Source: Halarcobacter sp.
Lineage (GTDB): Bacteria > Campylobacterota > Campylobacteria > Campylobacterales > Arcobacteraceae
DNA length: 64,000 nucleotides
Direction: 5' to 3'
Assembly (NCBI GenBank): GCA_048571215.1
Contig: CP182352.1
Span: forward strand, 1,440,001 to 1,504,000
Shown: positions 48,435 through 59,261 of the stretch, in pieces
Layout of the letters: the number at the start of each line of letters is the position of its first letter
Position numbering within the stretch: position 1 is the first letter of the stretch
Notes under the pieces: generated by a model
Told to the model about the DNA's origin: nothing
The model's input: the letters and a program-made list of their open reading frames with translations, nothing else
Databases searched by the model: none
Translations under genes and position numbers: made by a program

Positions 48435-49418
48435 ATGACACACCCAAACAAAGCACTATTTGAATCAGGAAAATCTTTACCGATTATTCCAACTTGTGAA
48501 CACTTTGCAGGAAGCGAAAAGCTAATCCTAAAAGGTTTTGAGATGCAAAAAAAATTAGGACCAGTATTTGATATTACTTGTGACTGTGAAGATGGAGCAG
48601 AAACTGGTAAAGAGGTTGAGCATGCTGAAATGATTGTAAGAGTTGTAAACTCTGAAGCAAATCCATATGGGATGGCAGGAACTAGAATCCATGACTTCTC
48701 TCATCCAGATTGGAGACAAGATGTTGATATACTTGTACCTGGTGCTGGAGAAAAGCTAGCATATATTACACTACCTAAATCTACTTCTTATGAAGAAGCA
48801 AAAACTCAAATTGAATATATTCAAGAGGTAGCAAAAAAAGCTGGTATAAAAAGAGAGATTCCTATTCATATCTTAATTGAAACCCATGGTGCATTACAAG
48901 ATGTAGAAAAAACTGCAACATTACCTTGGCTTCAAGTATTAGATTTTGGTTTAATGGACTTTGTATCGGGATATCAAGGGGCGATTCCTGCAATTAACAT
49001 GAGAAGTCCTGGTCAATTTGATCATAGATTAATAGCAGCTGCAAAAGCAAAAGTTTGTCAAGCAGCTATCCAAAACCATGTTATACCTTGTCACAATGTA
49101 ACTTTAGATTTAAAAAACCCATACCAAACATATAAAGATGCTGAACGAGCAAGAAATGAGTTTGGATTTATGAGAATGTGGTCAATTTATCCAACCCAAG
49201 TTCAAGCAATAGTTGATGCTATGAAACCAGACTTTACAGAGTTAGAAGCTGCACAAAATATTTTAATAGCAGCACAAGATGCTGAGTGGGGACCTATTCA
49301 ATATGATGGTGAATTACACGATAGAGCAACATATAGATACTTTTGGGAATTAGTTCAAAGAGCTAAATACTCAGGAGCAAAACTTCAAGATATAGTTGAA
49401 GAAAGATTTTTTGCTTAA
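48435..49418 (+). CDS. CitE/HpcH-family lyase
   Basis: CEHFAGSEK, DCEDGA, LIETHGAL, DFGLMDFVS, RMWSIYP, LHDRATYRYFW. Confidence 0.85.
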   Translation: MTHPNKALFESGKSLPIIPTCEHFAGSEKLILKGFEMQKKLGPVFDITCDCEDGAETGKEVEHAEMIVRVVNSEANPYGMAGTRIHDFSHPDWRQDVDILVPGAGEKLAYITLPKSTSYEEAKTQIEYIQEVAKKAGIKREIPIHILIETHGALQDVEKTATLPWLQVLDFGLMDFVSGYQGAIPAINMRSPGQFDHRLIAAAKAKVCQAAIQNHVIPCHNVTLDLKNPYQTYKDAERARNEFGFMRMWSIYPTQVQAIVDAMKPDFTELEAAQNILIAAQDAEWGPIQYDGELHDRATYRYFWELVQRAKYSGAKLQDIVEERFFA

Positions 49419-49442
49419 TTTAGATTTTTAAGGAAAAATTAT

Positions 49443-49468
49443 AGATAAGAAGTTTATACTTCTTATCT
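49443..49468 (+). terminator. Hairpin downstream of CitE cluster
   Basis: AGATAAGAAGT-ttat-ACTTCTTATCT. Confidence 0.55.
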
Positions 49469-49493
49469 CAAAAATAAATAAAAAGGAAAAAAG

Positions 49494-49583
49494 ATGATCA
49501 AGTACAATCAAATCATGCTTGCAGATAAGAAACAACTCGTCATGGTCGCCAACCATAGTGAGAAAAGTTTATACCCCAGGTAG
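49494..49583 (+). CDS. Possible small ORF (29 aa)
   Basis: AAGGA RBS then MIKYNQIMLADKKQLVMVANHSEKSLYPR*. Confidence 0.35.
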   Translation: MIKYNQIMLADKKQLVMVANHSEKSLYPR

Positions 49584-49705
49584 AGTTTTTTAGACAATAT
49601 AATTTAACTACCCAATAAACTTCCACAAAAAATTCTCACTTAAAACCCAATTACCCAAAAAATAAAAAAACAATTGTCATTAATTTTAAATTTAAGGACA
49701 AGATA

Positions 49706-50548
49706 ATGAATAGATATAATATTAACCAAGAAGAGTTAAAGGATTATTTAGGGTTTGGTGTTGCAGGTAATTTTGCGAATCACTTAGGTGAAGCTGGAGA
49801 AGCAGATGAATTCTCTGTAATTGAAACAAAAGAAAAAGATGCACCAAAAGGATTATTCCCCTTTTATATACCAAATCATGACACCTTTTTAGGTCAATAC
49901 CCTATTTCAACGGACAAAATAAATCATAATGATATTGAACATTTGCAAGTTGAAGCAGAAGTTGCATTAATATGTGATTTTGAGTATAAAGGTGAAAAAT
50001 TAATAGATATAAAACCAAAATATTTTGGTGCTTTTAATGACTGTTCAAATAGAATCCAAGATGGAAATAAACTAAGTACAAAGAAAAACTGGGGAGAATC
50101 ATCAAAGGGGATATCACCAGATTTTATAAAAATAGATAGTTTTGAAGAAGATGGTATCTTAAGTCAATTTCATATAGCATCTTTTATTAGAAGAGATGGT
50201 ATCTTAAGAGATTATGGAACTGTAAGTGCTGTTAAATCATACTCTTATTTTTTTAAAGAGTTAAAAGATTGGATGATAGAAAAATTTAATACCCAAGAGG
50301 ATATGGGACCATTAGAAGAGTTACCACCTTTTATGAAAAATATAAAAGAGCACAAAGGTTTGTTAATAGCAGCAGGTGCAACAGCATATACAGAGTTTGG
50401 TAAAACAAACTATTTAAAAAAAGGAGATGAGATATTTGTATATGTTTATAATGCTCATTTTCACTCTTTTGATGATATTATGAATGATATGTCTGGTATG
50501 GATTTACACTTATCTCAATGTAGTAAATTACATCAAATAGTTGAGTAA
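49706..50548 (+). CDS. Conserved hypothetical protein (DUF5718-like)
   Basis: GVAGNFANHL, FNDCS, KKNWG, AGATAYT motifs; family assignment from recall. Confidence 0.65.
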   Translation: MNRYNINQEELKDYLGFGVAGNFANHLGEAGEADEFSVIETKEKDAPKGLFPFYIPNHDTFLGQYPISTDKINHNDIEHLQVEAEVALICDFEYKGEKLIDIKPKYFGAFNDCSNRIQDGNKLSTKKNWGESSKGISPDFIKIDSFEEDGILSQFHIASFIRRDGILRDYGTVSAVKSYSYFFKELKDWMIEKFNTQEDMGPLEELPPFMKNIKEHKGLLIAAGATAYTEFGKTNYLKKGDEIFVYVYNAHFHSFDDIMNDMSGMDLHLSQCSKLHQIVE

Positions 50549-50693
50549 GAACTTTTTAGTTCTTACTTAAACTTGCCTACTAATAAATACTAAAATCTTA
50601 ATATTATCTCTATTATTTAAAACATATAAGAAATTATAATTTGTAATCATTTTATGATAAAATATAATATTGAGGAAAATTAAGGAGTGTCTT

Positions 50694-53099
50694 ATGGAAA
50701 AATCAAAAAACAATAGTTTTGGAAATAAACTGCTAATAAGAATACTAGGTGCTACTACTATAGTATTTATTATTACTATTTTCTTTATCTCAAAATATTC
50801 TTATGAAACAGCAGAGTCTGGTGCAGAAACATATGTAAAAGAGATGGCAAGTAACTACGCCTCACAAATAAAAGGAGATATTGATCTTTCTATATCAATT
50901 GTTAAGACACTTAAATCTGAATTTCAAGAAGCTATAAATCATAATAAAAAGCTTGATGAAAAAGAAACTATCGCAATGTTAAAATCTGTATTAAGAGACA
51001 ATGACCAACTTTTAGGTTTATGGTGGTCACTAAAAAACCCTAGTCTCTTATATGATTTAAAATCTAATGAAAACAATCTTCCAGATAATTGGTATGCAAA
51101 AAGTGGTGAGTTTTCTCCTTATGTAACAAGGGGTAAAGATGGTATTATTGTTCAAAAAGGTTCTGATTATAATGAAGAAAATAGTTGGATAAAAGGTCCT
51201 AAGGAAGCTGGCAAAGAGTTTATTACTAAACCCTATGTTTTTTCTATTGCTGGAATTGAGACACTTATGACAACTGTTGCCATCCCACTTTATAAAGATG
51301 GTGAATATGTAGGAGTTATTGGGGCGGAAATAGCTCTTGATACCTTTTCTAAATTAGCAAAATCAATAAAAGTATATGATAATGGATATGCTTTTATTGT
51401 TGATAGCTATGATGTTATTTTAGGTCATCCTAAAGAAAATTTTGTAGCAAAGAATTTACTTGAAATTACAAAAAATGATAGTGACTATAAAACTGCACTT
51501 GATAGTATTTCTAAAAATAAAGATTATCTTTTTACAAAAAAGTCAATTGAAAATAATTTAGAATCTTTATACTATGCAAAACCATTTACTATAAAAGGTG
51601 CTGATGTAAATTGGGCAATTTTTGTTAATGCTCCAATTGAAGAATATCTTTCTTTAGCAATCTTTGTAAGAAATTTCTCTATTGTAGCTGCGTTTCTTGG
51701 AATCTTTATAATTGGTGTAATAATTTTTTTAAGTGTAAAAGAATTAAAATCAAATCTAAATCTGATCACTAATGGTTTAAAATCTTTTTTCCAATACTTA
51801 AATAAAGAATCAAATACTACAGAACAGATTCAATTAGTTTCAAATGATGAGTTTGGACAAATGGCAAAAAATATCAATAATAATATTGTAAAAATCTCAA
51901 AAAGCATAAATGAAGACAATCTGCTAATTGAAGATGTAAAAAGAATTGTTAATCAAGTTAGTAGTGGTTACTTAGAAAATAGAATCGAAAAAGACACTTC
52001 TACAGACTCATTAAATGAATTGAAAAACCTATTAAATAATATGCTTAACAACTTAGAGTCTTTAGTTGGTAAAGATATCAATAAAATAAGTGAAGTTCTT
52101 AGCAGGTACACAAAAAGAGATTTCAAAGCTAAACTTGATAAAGATACGTCTGGTAAAATTGGTTCAGAATTAATTGAGATGAATAAAATGATGACTCAAA
52201 TGCTTCAAGATAGCCAAAGGGATGGAAACAACCTGCAAAAAAGTTCAAATGAATTAACTCAAAATGTTGGAACATTAAGTAAAAATGCAACTTCACAAGC
52301 TGCATCATTAGAAGAAACTGCTGCATCAATTGATGAGATTACAGGTAATATTCAACAAACAAGTGTAAAAGCACAAGAGATGTTAAGCATTTCAAATGAG
52401 ACTAAAGAGTCTGCACAAACTGGTAAAAACTTAGCAAATGATACAGTTCAAGCTATGGATGAGATAAATGAAACAGTTATTAATATTAATGAAGCTATTT
52501 CAGTAATCGACCAAATTGCATTCCAAACAAATATTCTATCACTTAATGCAGCAGTTGAAGCTGCAACTGCAGGTGAAGCTGGAAAAGGGTTTGCAGTTGT
52601 TGCACAAGAGGTTAGAAACCTTGCAAGTAGAAGTGCAGAAGCAGCAAAAGAGATTAAAGACTTAGTTGAAAATGCAACTACAAGAGCAAATAATGGTAAA
52701 GTGATTAGTACTAAGATGATTGAAGGTTTTAGTTCACTTGAAGAGAAAATCTCAAGCACAAATAATCTAATTGATGATGTATCAAATGCTGCAAAAGAAC
52801 AAAATTTGGGTATGACTCAAATTGCAGATGCAATGAATCAATTAGATAAGTTTACTCAAGAAAATGCTGCTATAGCTGACCAAACAAATGATATTGCAAA
52901 AGTAACAAATAATATTGCTATTGAAGTTGTTAAAAATGTTGATAGAAATGATTTTGATGGTAAAAACCTACAAATTGATATATCAAATCAGAAAAAAGAA
53001 AAAACAACTCACTTAAATGAGAATAAAAAAGTTAAAGCACCAACTAAAACAATATATTCTCAAAAGAAAGAAGAAAAAGATGAATGGGAAAGCTTTTAG
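50694..53099 (+). CDS. Methyl-accepting chemotaxis protein with Cache sensor
   Basis: Two TM segments, Cache-type periplasmic domain, [18 protein letters not shown]-terminal EWESF pentapeptide. Confidence 0.93.
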   Translation: MEKSKNNSFGNKLLIRILGATTIVFIITIFFISKYSYETAESGAETYVKEMASNYASQIKGDIDLSISIVKTLKSEFQEAINHNKKLDEKETIAMLKSVLRDNDQLLGLWWSLKNPSLLYDLKSNENNLPDNWYAKSGEFSPYVTRGKDGIIVQKGSDYNEENSWIKGPKEAGKEFITKPYVFSIAGIETLMTTVAIPLYKDGEYVGVIGAEIALDTFSKLAKSIKVYDNGYAFIVDSYDVILGHPKENFVAKNLLEITKNDSDYKTALDSISKNKDYLFTKKSIENNLESLYYAKPFTIKGADVNWAIFVNAPIEEYLSLAIFVRNFSIVAAFLGIFIIGVIIFLSVKELKSNLNLITNGLKSFFQYLNKESNTTEQIQLVSNDEFGQMAKNINNNIVKISKSINEDNLLIEDVKRIVNQVSSGYLENRIEKDTSTDSLNELKNLLNNMLNNLESLVGKDINKISEVLSRYTKRDFKAKLDKDTSGKIGSELIEMNKMMTQMLQDSQRDGNNLQKSSNELTQNVGTLSKNATSQAASLEETAASIDEITGNIQQTSVKAQEMLSISNETKESAQTGKNLANDTVQAMDEINETVININEAISVIDQIAFQTNILSLNAAVEAATAGEAGKGFAVVAQEVRNLASRSAEAAKEIKDLVENATTRANNGKVISTKMIEGFSSLEEKISSTNNLIDDVSNAAKEQNLGMTQIADAMNQLDKFTQENAAIADQTNDIAKVTNNIAIEVVKNVDRNDFDGKNLQIDISNQKKEKTTHLNENKKVKAPTKTIYSQKKEEKDEWESF

Positions 53100-53133
53100 A
53101 AGTTGATATAAGAGATTTTAAATATAAAATCTC

Positions 53134-53781
53134 TTATACCTCCATATAAAAATCTTTTATATATTTTGTTTCACCTAAAAATACCAAAGAATCATCTTTT
53201 TTTATTTTATATGAACTATCGATATCAAATATCCAATTACCTTCTGTTTTGTAGGAAACTATTTTTAAATTTTTATGTTCTGCTTCAATAGTTGATATAT
53301 TTTTAGAAATAAAATTATCATTTGCAATAAGTTTAACTATTCTAATACTATTACTTATATCAATCTCCTCTATTGTTACATTATCTATTAGTTTCTTTAC
53401 AAGCATCCTTCCAGCTATTTTTTCAGGAGAAATAACTTTATAGGCTCCTATTTTTGATAAAATATCTCCATGGGTATCTGTAATTGCTTTAGCAATAATT
53501 CTTTTGTTGTTTAAATCTTTTAAAGCCATAACAGTTAGAATACTAGCTTCTATATTTTCACCAATACTTACAATAACTGTATTTAGATTGTATATCCCAA
53601 CCTCCTCTAAAGCTTGTTTATTTGTACTATCTATAACATAAGAATTATCTATATATTCACTTGTTTCCTGAACTTTTTTTTCATCATTGTCAACAGCTAT
53701 TACTGTAACATTAAGTTTAGCAATACATTTTGCGATATAAGAACCAAACTTTCCTAAACCTATCACTGCTATTGTTTTCAT
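53134..53781 (-). CDS. ktrA: Potassium uptake NAD-binding subunit (KtrA/TrkA family)
   Basis: VIGLGKFG, VIVSIG, RCK domain; overlaps ktrB stop. Confidence 0.85.
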   Translation of the reverse strand: MKTIAVIGLGKFGSYIAKCIAKLNVTVIAVDNDEKKVQETSEYIDNSYVIDSTNKQALEEVGIYNLNTVIVSIGENIEASILTVMALKDLNNKRIIAKAITDTHGDILSKIGAYKVISPEKIAGRMLVKKLIDNVTIEEIDISNSIRIVKLIANDNFISKNISTIEAEHKNLKIVSYKTEGNWIFDIDSSYKIKKDDSLVFLGETKYIKDFYMEV

Positions 53782-55103
53782 ATGATTATCCTTCCAACTG
53801 GGTATTTAAAATGTCTTGTTTTTGCTTTTCCTATTAAAACTAAACCAAAGGCAAAAACCCCTAACCTTCCTGCTAGCATCAATACTATAATAATACTTTT
53901 CCCTAGGGTATCAAATTGTTGGGAAAAACTTAAAATATCTCCATTTCCTGTAGAAACTCCAACTGTACCAAATGCCGATGCAACCTCAAATAAAATTCTT
54001 AGAAATGGTAACTCTTGGGTTTCTACCAATATTAAAACTGCAAAAAGTACAAAAAATGAGGAAGATATAATTATTGCTAATGCTTTATTTATAACTTTTT
54101 GTTCAATTGTTCTTTTAAAAATACTTGGTTGTTGATTACTCTCTTTTAAAATATAAATTACTGTAATAACCAAAATAGCAACAGTAGTTATTTTTATTCC
54201 ACCGGCTGTACTTCCTTGCCCTGCTCCTGTCATCATAAAAATAGTTGAAAAAAACAAAGATGAATCTTTTAAACCACTAAGGTCTATACTATTAAAGCCA
54301 CTAGTTCTAAAGTTTATTGATAAAAAAAATGCATTTAATATTTTTTTATATATATTTAGTTCCCCAAAAGTTTTAGGATTGTCCCATTCAATTGATAAAA
54401 ATAGAATCATTCCTGCTATTATTAAAATAAAAGTTCCATATATCATAATTCGTGTATGGATTGTAAAGCGTTTAGAGAACATCCTATTTTCATAAATCTC
54501 AATCAGCACAAAATATCCCAAACCTCCACTTATTACAAGAACTGAAATTGTAATTAAAGAGATAGCATCCCCTTGAAAGCCTATAAGACTATCTTTAAAC
54601 AAAGAAAACCCTGCATTGTTAAAAGCACTAATACTATGAAAGATACCAAACCACAAAGCTTGAAAAAACTCATGTTTCTCCATAAATTGTATTGTTAAAA
54701 TAATAGAACCAACTAGTTCTATAAAAAGAACAACAATAAAAATCTTTTTCAAAAAACTTGCCACATGAAGATTTGGTAAATCTAAAGATTGTTTTATAGC
54801 TTTTTTCTCATCAAGATTTAGTTTATGTCTAATAAATAAAAAAAAGATAATAACTAAAGACATATACCCAATCCCACCTATTTGAATAAGTAGTAATATA
54901 ATAAATTCACCAAAAAAAGTGAAATTTTCAGAGGTGCTAGTAACAATCAATCCAGTTACACAAGTTGCACTAGCAGCTGTAAAAATTGCATCTATAAATT
55001 TCAAGTCACCAATATGACAAATTGGCAAAGCTAATATAATACCCCCAAAGAATATTATAAGAACATAACCTAAAAATATAGATCTTACATATTTATATTC
55101 CAT
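53778..55103 (-). CDS. ktrB: Potassium uptake membrane subunit (KtrB/TrkH family)
   Basis: SATCVTGL, SAFNNAGF, RTSGF, STAGGIK, SAFGTVG pore motifs. Confidence 0.88.
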   Translation of the reverse strand: MEYKYVRSIFLGYVLIIFFGGIILALPICHIGDLKFIDAIFTAASATCVTGLIVTSTSENFTFFGEFIILLLIQIGGIGYMSLVIIFFLFIRHKLNLDEKKAIKQSLDLPNLHVASFLKKIFIVVLFIELVGSIILTIQFMEKHEFFQALWFGIFHSISAFNNAGFSLFKDSLIGFQGDAISLITISVLVISGGLGYFVLIEIYENRMFSKRFTIHTRIMIYGTFILIIAGMILFLSIEWDNPKTFGELNIYKKILNAFFLSINFRTSGFNSIDLSGLKDSSLFFSTIFMMTGAGQGSTAGGIKITTVAILVITVIYILKESNQQPSIFKRTIEQKVINKALAIIISSSFFVLFAVLILVETQELPFLRILFEVASAFGTVGVSTGNGDILSFSQQFDTLGKSIIIVLMLAGRLGVFAFGLVLIGKAKTRHFKYPVGRIII

Positions 55104-55114
55104 TGATTATCTTA

Positions 55115-55804
55115 TTATTCTTGATTGCAAGAGAATCTATATCCAATACCTGATTCGGTTTTTATGTAAGTTGGTCTTGTACTATTTAATTCTATTTTTT
55201 TCCTTAATACATTCACATAAGTTCTTAGATATTGCATCTCATTTTGATAACCAACACCCCAAACCTCTTCTAAAATCTGTCTATGGGTTAATGTTTTATT
55301 AGCATTTATTATAAAGTATTTTAAAAGTTCGTACTCTATAGGGGTTAATTTAAGCTTTTCACCTCTAAGTTTTATATCTCTAGCTAAAATATCCAACTCT
55401 AACTCATTGCATTCAAACTTATTTTCAACCACATCTGCGGTGATATTTCTTCTTAGATTCGCTCTTATTCTTGCTAATAATTCATTTACTGAAAATGGTT
55501 TAGTGATATAATCATCTGCACCTACATCTAAAGCTGCTACAATCTCGTCTTCATCATGTCTTGCTGTTAAAACAATAATTGGTATTTTAGATATCTCTCG
55601 TATCTCTTTTATAAAATCTTTTCCATCCCCATCAGGTAAACCTAAATCAACTATTAAAAGATTAGGGTTATGACTTAAATACATCATCAAAGCATTTTTT
55701 TTGCTCTCACTTGAGATATAGTTAAAATCATACTCCTTAAAAGTGATTTCTAATAATTTCTTAACTGAAGCATCATCTTCAATTATATGTATTAAATGTT
55801 TCAT
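55115..55804 (-). CDS. kdpE: KdpE-like response regulator
   Basis: DLGLPDGDG, GADDYITKPF, THRQILEEVWG, TESGIGYRF. Confidence 0.85.
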   Translation of the reverse strand: MKHLIHIIEDDASVKKLLEITFKEYDFNYISSESKKNALMMYLSHNPNLLIVDLGLPDGDGKDFIKEIREISKIPIIVLTARHDEDEIVAALDVGADDYITKPFSVNELLARIRANLRRNITADVVENKFECNELELDILARDIKLRGEKLKLTPIEYELLKYFIINANKTLTHRQILEEVWGVGYQNEMQYLRTYVNVLRKKIELNSTRPTYIKTESGIGYRFSCNQE

Positions 55805-56832
55805 ATTAGTTTTGCTCTTTTCAATATTGGTAGTTCTATCTCTATTAATATTCCATTATTTTGAGAAACTGCTTTTATCTCACCACTATGAAGTTTTACT
55901 ATACTTTTACAAATGGCCAAACCTATCCCACTGCCTGAAATATCATTTGTATCCTCAAACCTATAAAATTTATCAAATATATTTTTTAATTTGTTTTTAT
56001 TTATAAACTCTGCTTCATTAAAAATTTTGATTATTATTGAATTTGTTAGACTTAATATATCTAAATATATTTTTGTATTTTGTTTAGAATATTTAAAAGC
56101 ATTATCAAGAAGATTAATCATTAGTTGAGTTAAAAGGGTATTATCTCCCCAAAAAAGGCTAAGTTCATCTATATTTATTACTAGATTTTCATCGGTTTGT
56201 ATTTGGGGAAACTCATCTAAAGCAACACCTAAAATATCTTCAAAATCACACCATTGTTGCTTTAAATCAATTTCACCACTTGATAACCTAGTACTATCTA
56301 AAAGGTTTGTAATAAGCCTTTTCATTCTTAAAGAGGCATAATTAATATCTTCAAGGAGGCTATCTTTGCTTTTTTCATCTAATTTATTATTTGATAAGAT
56401 AAGATTGATACTGCCATGAATAGTAGATAAAGGAGTTCTAAGGTCATGGGAAATTATATGCAATAAACTTTCTCTAAGCTCATTTTGCTTTGTTTGGGTA
56501 CTAAGGTTTTTAGCTTGTACAGTAATAATCCACCCTACAATACCAAAAATAAAAAAACTCCATATGTAGAGCTCATTGTGAACTGAAAAGCTGTATAATG
56601 GAGGGATATATAAAAAGTTTAAAAATATCACGCTTAGAAAAGTCATAAAAAATGTAGCTTTTAGTTTACCATGTATCGCAACAACAACAACAGGTATAAT
56701 GTGTATTAGCGAAATATTTATAATATCTAAATGCTCTCTAAAAATATGACTTATTACTGTAATAACTACTAATATACCAAAGGCTTTAAGCAGATAATTA
56801 TACTTTCTATATTTAGTCAAAAAACTTTTCAT
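55801..56832 (-). CDS. Short KdpD-like sensor kinase (4-TM DUF4118 + HisKA + HATPase)
   Basis: NFLYIPPLYSFSV, ISHDLRTPL, NLLDNAFKYS, GIGLAIC; lacks the KdpD N-terminal, Usp and GAF regions. Confidence 0.82.
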   Translation of the reverse strand: MKSFLTKYRKYNYLLKAFGILVVITVISHIFREHLDIINISLIHIIPVVVVAIHGKLKATFFMTFLSVIFLNFLYIPPLYSFSVHNELYIWSFFIFGIVGWIITVQAKNLSTQTKQNELRESLLHIISHDLRTPLSTIHGSINLILSNNKLDEKSKDSLLEDINYASLRMKRLITNLLDSTRLSSGEIDLKQQWCDFEDILGVALDEFPQIQTDENLVINIDELSLFWGDNTLLTQLMINLLDNAFKYSKQNTKIYLDILSLTNSIIIKIFNEAEFINKNKLKNIFDKFYRFEDTNDISGSGIGLAICKSIVKLHSGEIKAVSQNNGILIEIELPILKRAKLI

Positions 56833-56833
56833 C

Positions 56834-56914
56834 TTATGCTTTAATTAATCTGATCACTAGAAAAAGTGTTAAAATAGATAATACAGCAAACATGCTTAGG
56901 TTTAAAATTGACAT
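56834..56914 (-). CDS. Small hydrophobic peptide (26 aa), KdpF-like
   Basis: MSILNLSMFAVLSILTLFLVIRLIKA*; AAGGA RBS; stop 1 nt before the kinase start. Confidence 0.6.
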   Translation of the reverse strand: MSILNLSMFAVLSILTLFLVIRLIKA

Positions 56915-57040
56915 ATATTTTCCTTAGTATCAATCTCTAGATATATTATATGCAATATTATGTAAAGAGAGAATCAAAATTTTACAAATAAAATAAAGAT
57001 TTTATAAAGATAGAACTAAATTTTAAATTTAACATTAAAA

Positions 57041-57220
57041 TTAATTCTTATTATTTTTTGGAAATATCATATTAACAAAAAGATAGATTAGTATAGGCAT
57101 TAGCACAAATAATACTAATAATATAGTTGTATTTAAATCATTTTGTATAGCAAAAAATAAAATAAAAGCGTAGATAAGAGTTAAAATTAGCTTTAGTTTT
57201 TTGTTAAATCGAGAATTCAT
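57041..57220 (-). CDS. Small two-TM membrane protein (59 aa)
   Basis: MNSRFNKKLKLILTLIYAFILFFAIQNDLNTTILLVLFVLMPILIYLFVNMIFPKNNKN*; GAGGTG RBS. Confidence 0.55.
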   Translation of the reverse strand: MNSRFNKKLKLILTLIYAFILFFAIQNDLNTTILLVLFVLMPILIYLFVNMIFPKNNKN

Positions 57221-57266
57221 AAATCACCTCTAAATCCATCATAGCTTGTAAGAGGTTAATACACTC

Positions 57267-57830
57267 TTACAAATCTATCATAGCCTTAAAGAAAGCTCCA
57301 CTTCTACCTATATTTTCCACATGAACATGAAATTTTGCATCTAGTCTTCCATCTTCTATATATTGTTTTTTTACTTCTAGAATGATTGGAGTAGTTTTTC
57401 CAGGTATATCAACTACTTGATAAAACTCACAAAACATTGCTGTTTGTGTTGAAGCTATCATTGGTGGATAATCCTCTAATGGTCTTTGAACCTCTATTTC
57501 ATACTTTTCAACTTCACTCTCTTCTTTATCCAGCATATTTGCACAAAGTTTTACCTCTTCAACATTTGATTGATTTACAAAACAGATTGTTGCTTTTTTA
57601 TTTTTTAATATATTATGTAAACTATCTTTTGGAACTCCTGGCTCTTTTTGTCCTATTGATACTATAAGTGTTGCTGGATTGCTTGAAAGGGGTATAAAAT
57701 ATGAAAATGGTGCAGCATTTATTACTCCATTATCTTCTGTTACTATCCAGGCTATTGGTCTTGGTACAACTGTATCAGACATAATTTTATATCTATTTAA
57801 ATCCTCAACATCTTTATAATCTATAATCAT
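57267..57830 (-). CDS. Flavin reductase-like (flavoredoxin family) protein
   Basis: VVPRPIAWIVT, NAAPFSYF, KDSLHNI. Confidence 0.88.
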   Translation of the reverse strand: MIIDYKDVEDLNRYKIMSDTVVPRPIAWIVTEDNGVINAAPFSYFIPLSSNPATLIVSIGQKEPGVPKDSLHNILKNKKATICFVNQSNVEEVKLCANMLDKEESEVEKYEIEVQRPLEDYPPMIASTQTAMFCEFYQVVDIPGKTTPIILEVKKQYIEDGRLDAKFHVHVENIGRSGAFFKAMIDL

Positions 57831-57966
57831 CTAATTCTCCAATGTTTTTGTATTGATATGATATAAAAAAGCTTTTATAAATAGCTTAAAATTGTGCATA
57901 TAGGTATATTTTATAATTTTAATCACAATTTGATATAATCAATGGAAAAAAATTTAAAGGTGTTTT

Positions 57967-59259
57967 GTGAATAATAATATTATAGAAATTTTTAAACAAA
58001 TTACCGCTATACCTAGATGTAGTGGAAACCATCAAGCATTTATAAAATATATAATAAAATTTGCTTTAGAAACAGATTTTGAATGTACAGTTGATAAATA
58101 TAAAAATATTTTATGTAAAAAAAACAATAAAAAAGCAAATTTATGTTTACAAAGTCATTATGATATTGTATGTTTAAGTGAAAACTGTATCCCACAAATT
58201 ATAGAAAGTGATGGTTTTTTAAGTGCAAAAGAATCAACACTAGGTGCAGATAATGGAATTGGTTGTGCATATATGCTTGATTTGATGAGCAAAGGATATG
58301 AACTTGAATATCTATTTACAAGTGATGAGGAGATTGGTTTAATTGGTGCAAACAATTTAAATTTGGAATTAGACTCAAAATATATGTTAAACCTTGATAG
58401 TGAAAGTGAAGGTGAGATATGTATTGGCTGTGCAGGTGGAGTTGATGTTTTTGCAAAAAATAGCTCTAAAACAATAATTGCAAATGATGAAAATTATCAA
58501 CTTTATGAAGTATCAATTTCCAATTTAGCAGGTGGTCATAGTGGAGTTGATATTGATAAAAATATCCCAAATGCAATTAAACTAATTGGACAAACTATTA
58601 AAGAAAGTGATGCCTTATTGTTAGATATAAATGGGGGAGAAAGAATAAACTCAATCCCAGTTAATGTAAAAGCGATAATCGCCTCTAAGAGTGTACCCTT
58701 AAAATCCCATGAAAATATTTGTATAAATGAAATAGATACTAAAAGTGAACATTTTAATATTTGGAATAGTGATATTACCAATTTCATTTATACATTTGCA
58801 AATGGCGTTAGAGCATATGATAAAAAGCTAAATGTGGTTTTAGATTCAATAAATTTAGCAAAAATTCATACCACACAAGACTCAATTGAGATTGAATTAA
58901 GTGCCAGATCTATGTCAAATGAGGGCTTAAATAGTATCAAAAAAGAGACAGTTGTTTTATTAGAATCTTTTGGTTTTGAAGTAAGAACATCAGGAAAATA
59001 TCCAGCATGGAAACCAGATATAAATGAGTTTACACAAGAGGTTCTAAAAATTTATAAAAAATATGATGATAATGCTTCCCTTGAAGCTATTCATGCAGGT
59101 TTAGAATGTGCCATATTTAAACAAAATTATCCAAATATAAAAATAGCATCAATAGGACCTAATATCTTTAATCCCCACTCTAAAGCCGAAAGGGTTGAAC
59201 TAAAATCAATTGAAAACCTTTCAAAAATAGTTTTAGAGATAGTAAATAGCTTTAAATAA
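57967..59259 (+). CDS. pepD: M20 peptidase, aminoacyl-histidine dipeptidase-like
   Basis: LQSHYDIVC, TLGADNGIG, DEEIGLIGA, GGHSGVDI, IHAGLEC. Confidence 0.85.
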   Translation: MNNNIIEIFKQITAIPRCSGNHQAFIKYIIKFALETDFECTVDKYKNILCKKNNKKANLCLQSHYDIVCLSENCIPQIIESDGFLSAKESTLGADNGIGCAYMLDLMSKGYELEYLFTSDEEIGLIGANNLNLELDSKYMLNLDSESEGEICIGCAGGVDVFAKNSSKTIIANDENYQLYEVSISNLAGGHSGVDIDKNIPNAIKLIGQTIKESDALLLDINGGERINSIPVNVKAIIASKSVPLKSHENICINEIDTKSEHFNIWNSDITNFIYTFANGVRAYDKKLNVVLDSINLAKIHTTQDSIEIELSARSMSNEGLNSIKKETVVLLESFGFEVRTSGKYPAWKPDINEFTQEVLKIYKKYDDNASLEAIHAGLECAIFKQNYPNIKIASIGPNIFNPHSKAERVELKSIENLSKIVLEIVNSFK

Positions 59260-59261
59260 CC

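Noticed and set aside
57231..57291. Short imperfect duplication of the flavin-reductase 3' end (AAATC(C/T)ATCATAGC)
   Set aside because: Only about 15-20 bp; could be a small insertion scar but there is no supporting mobile feature.
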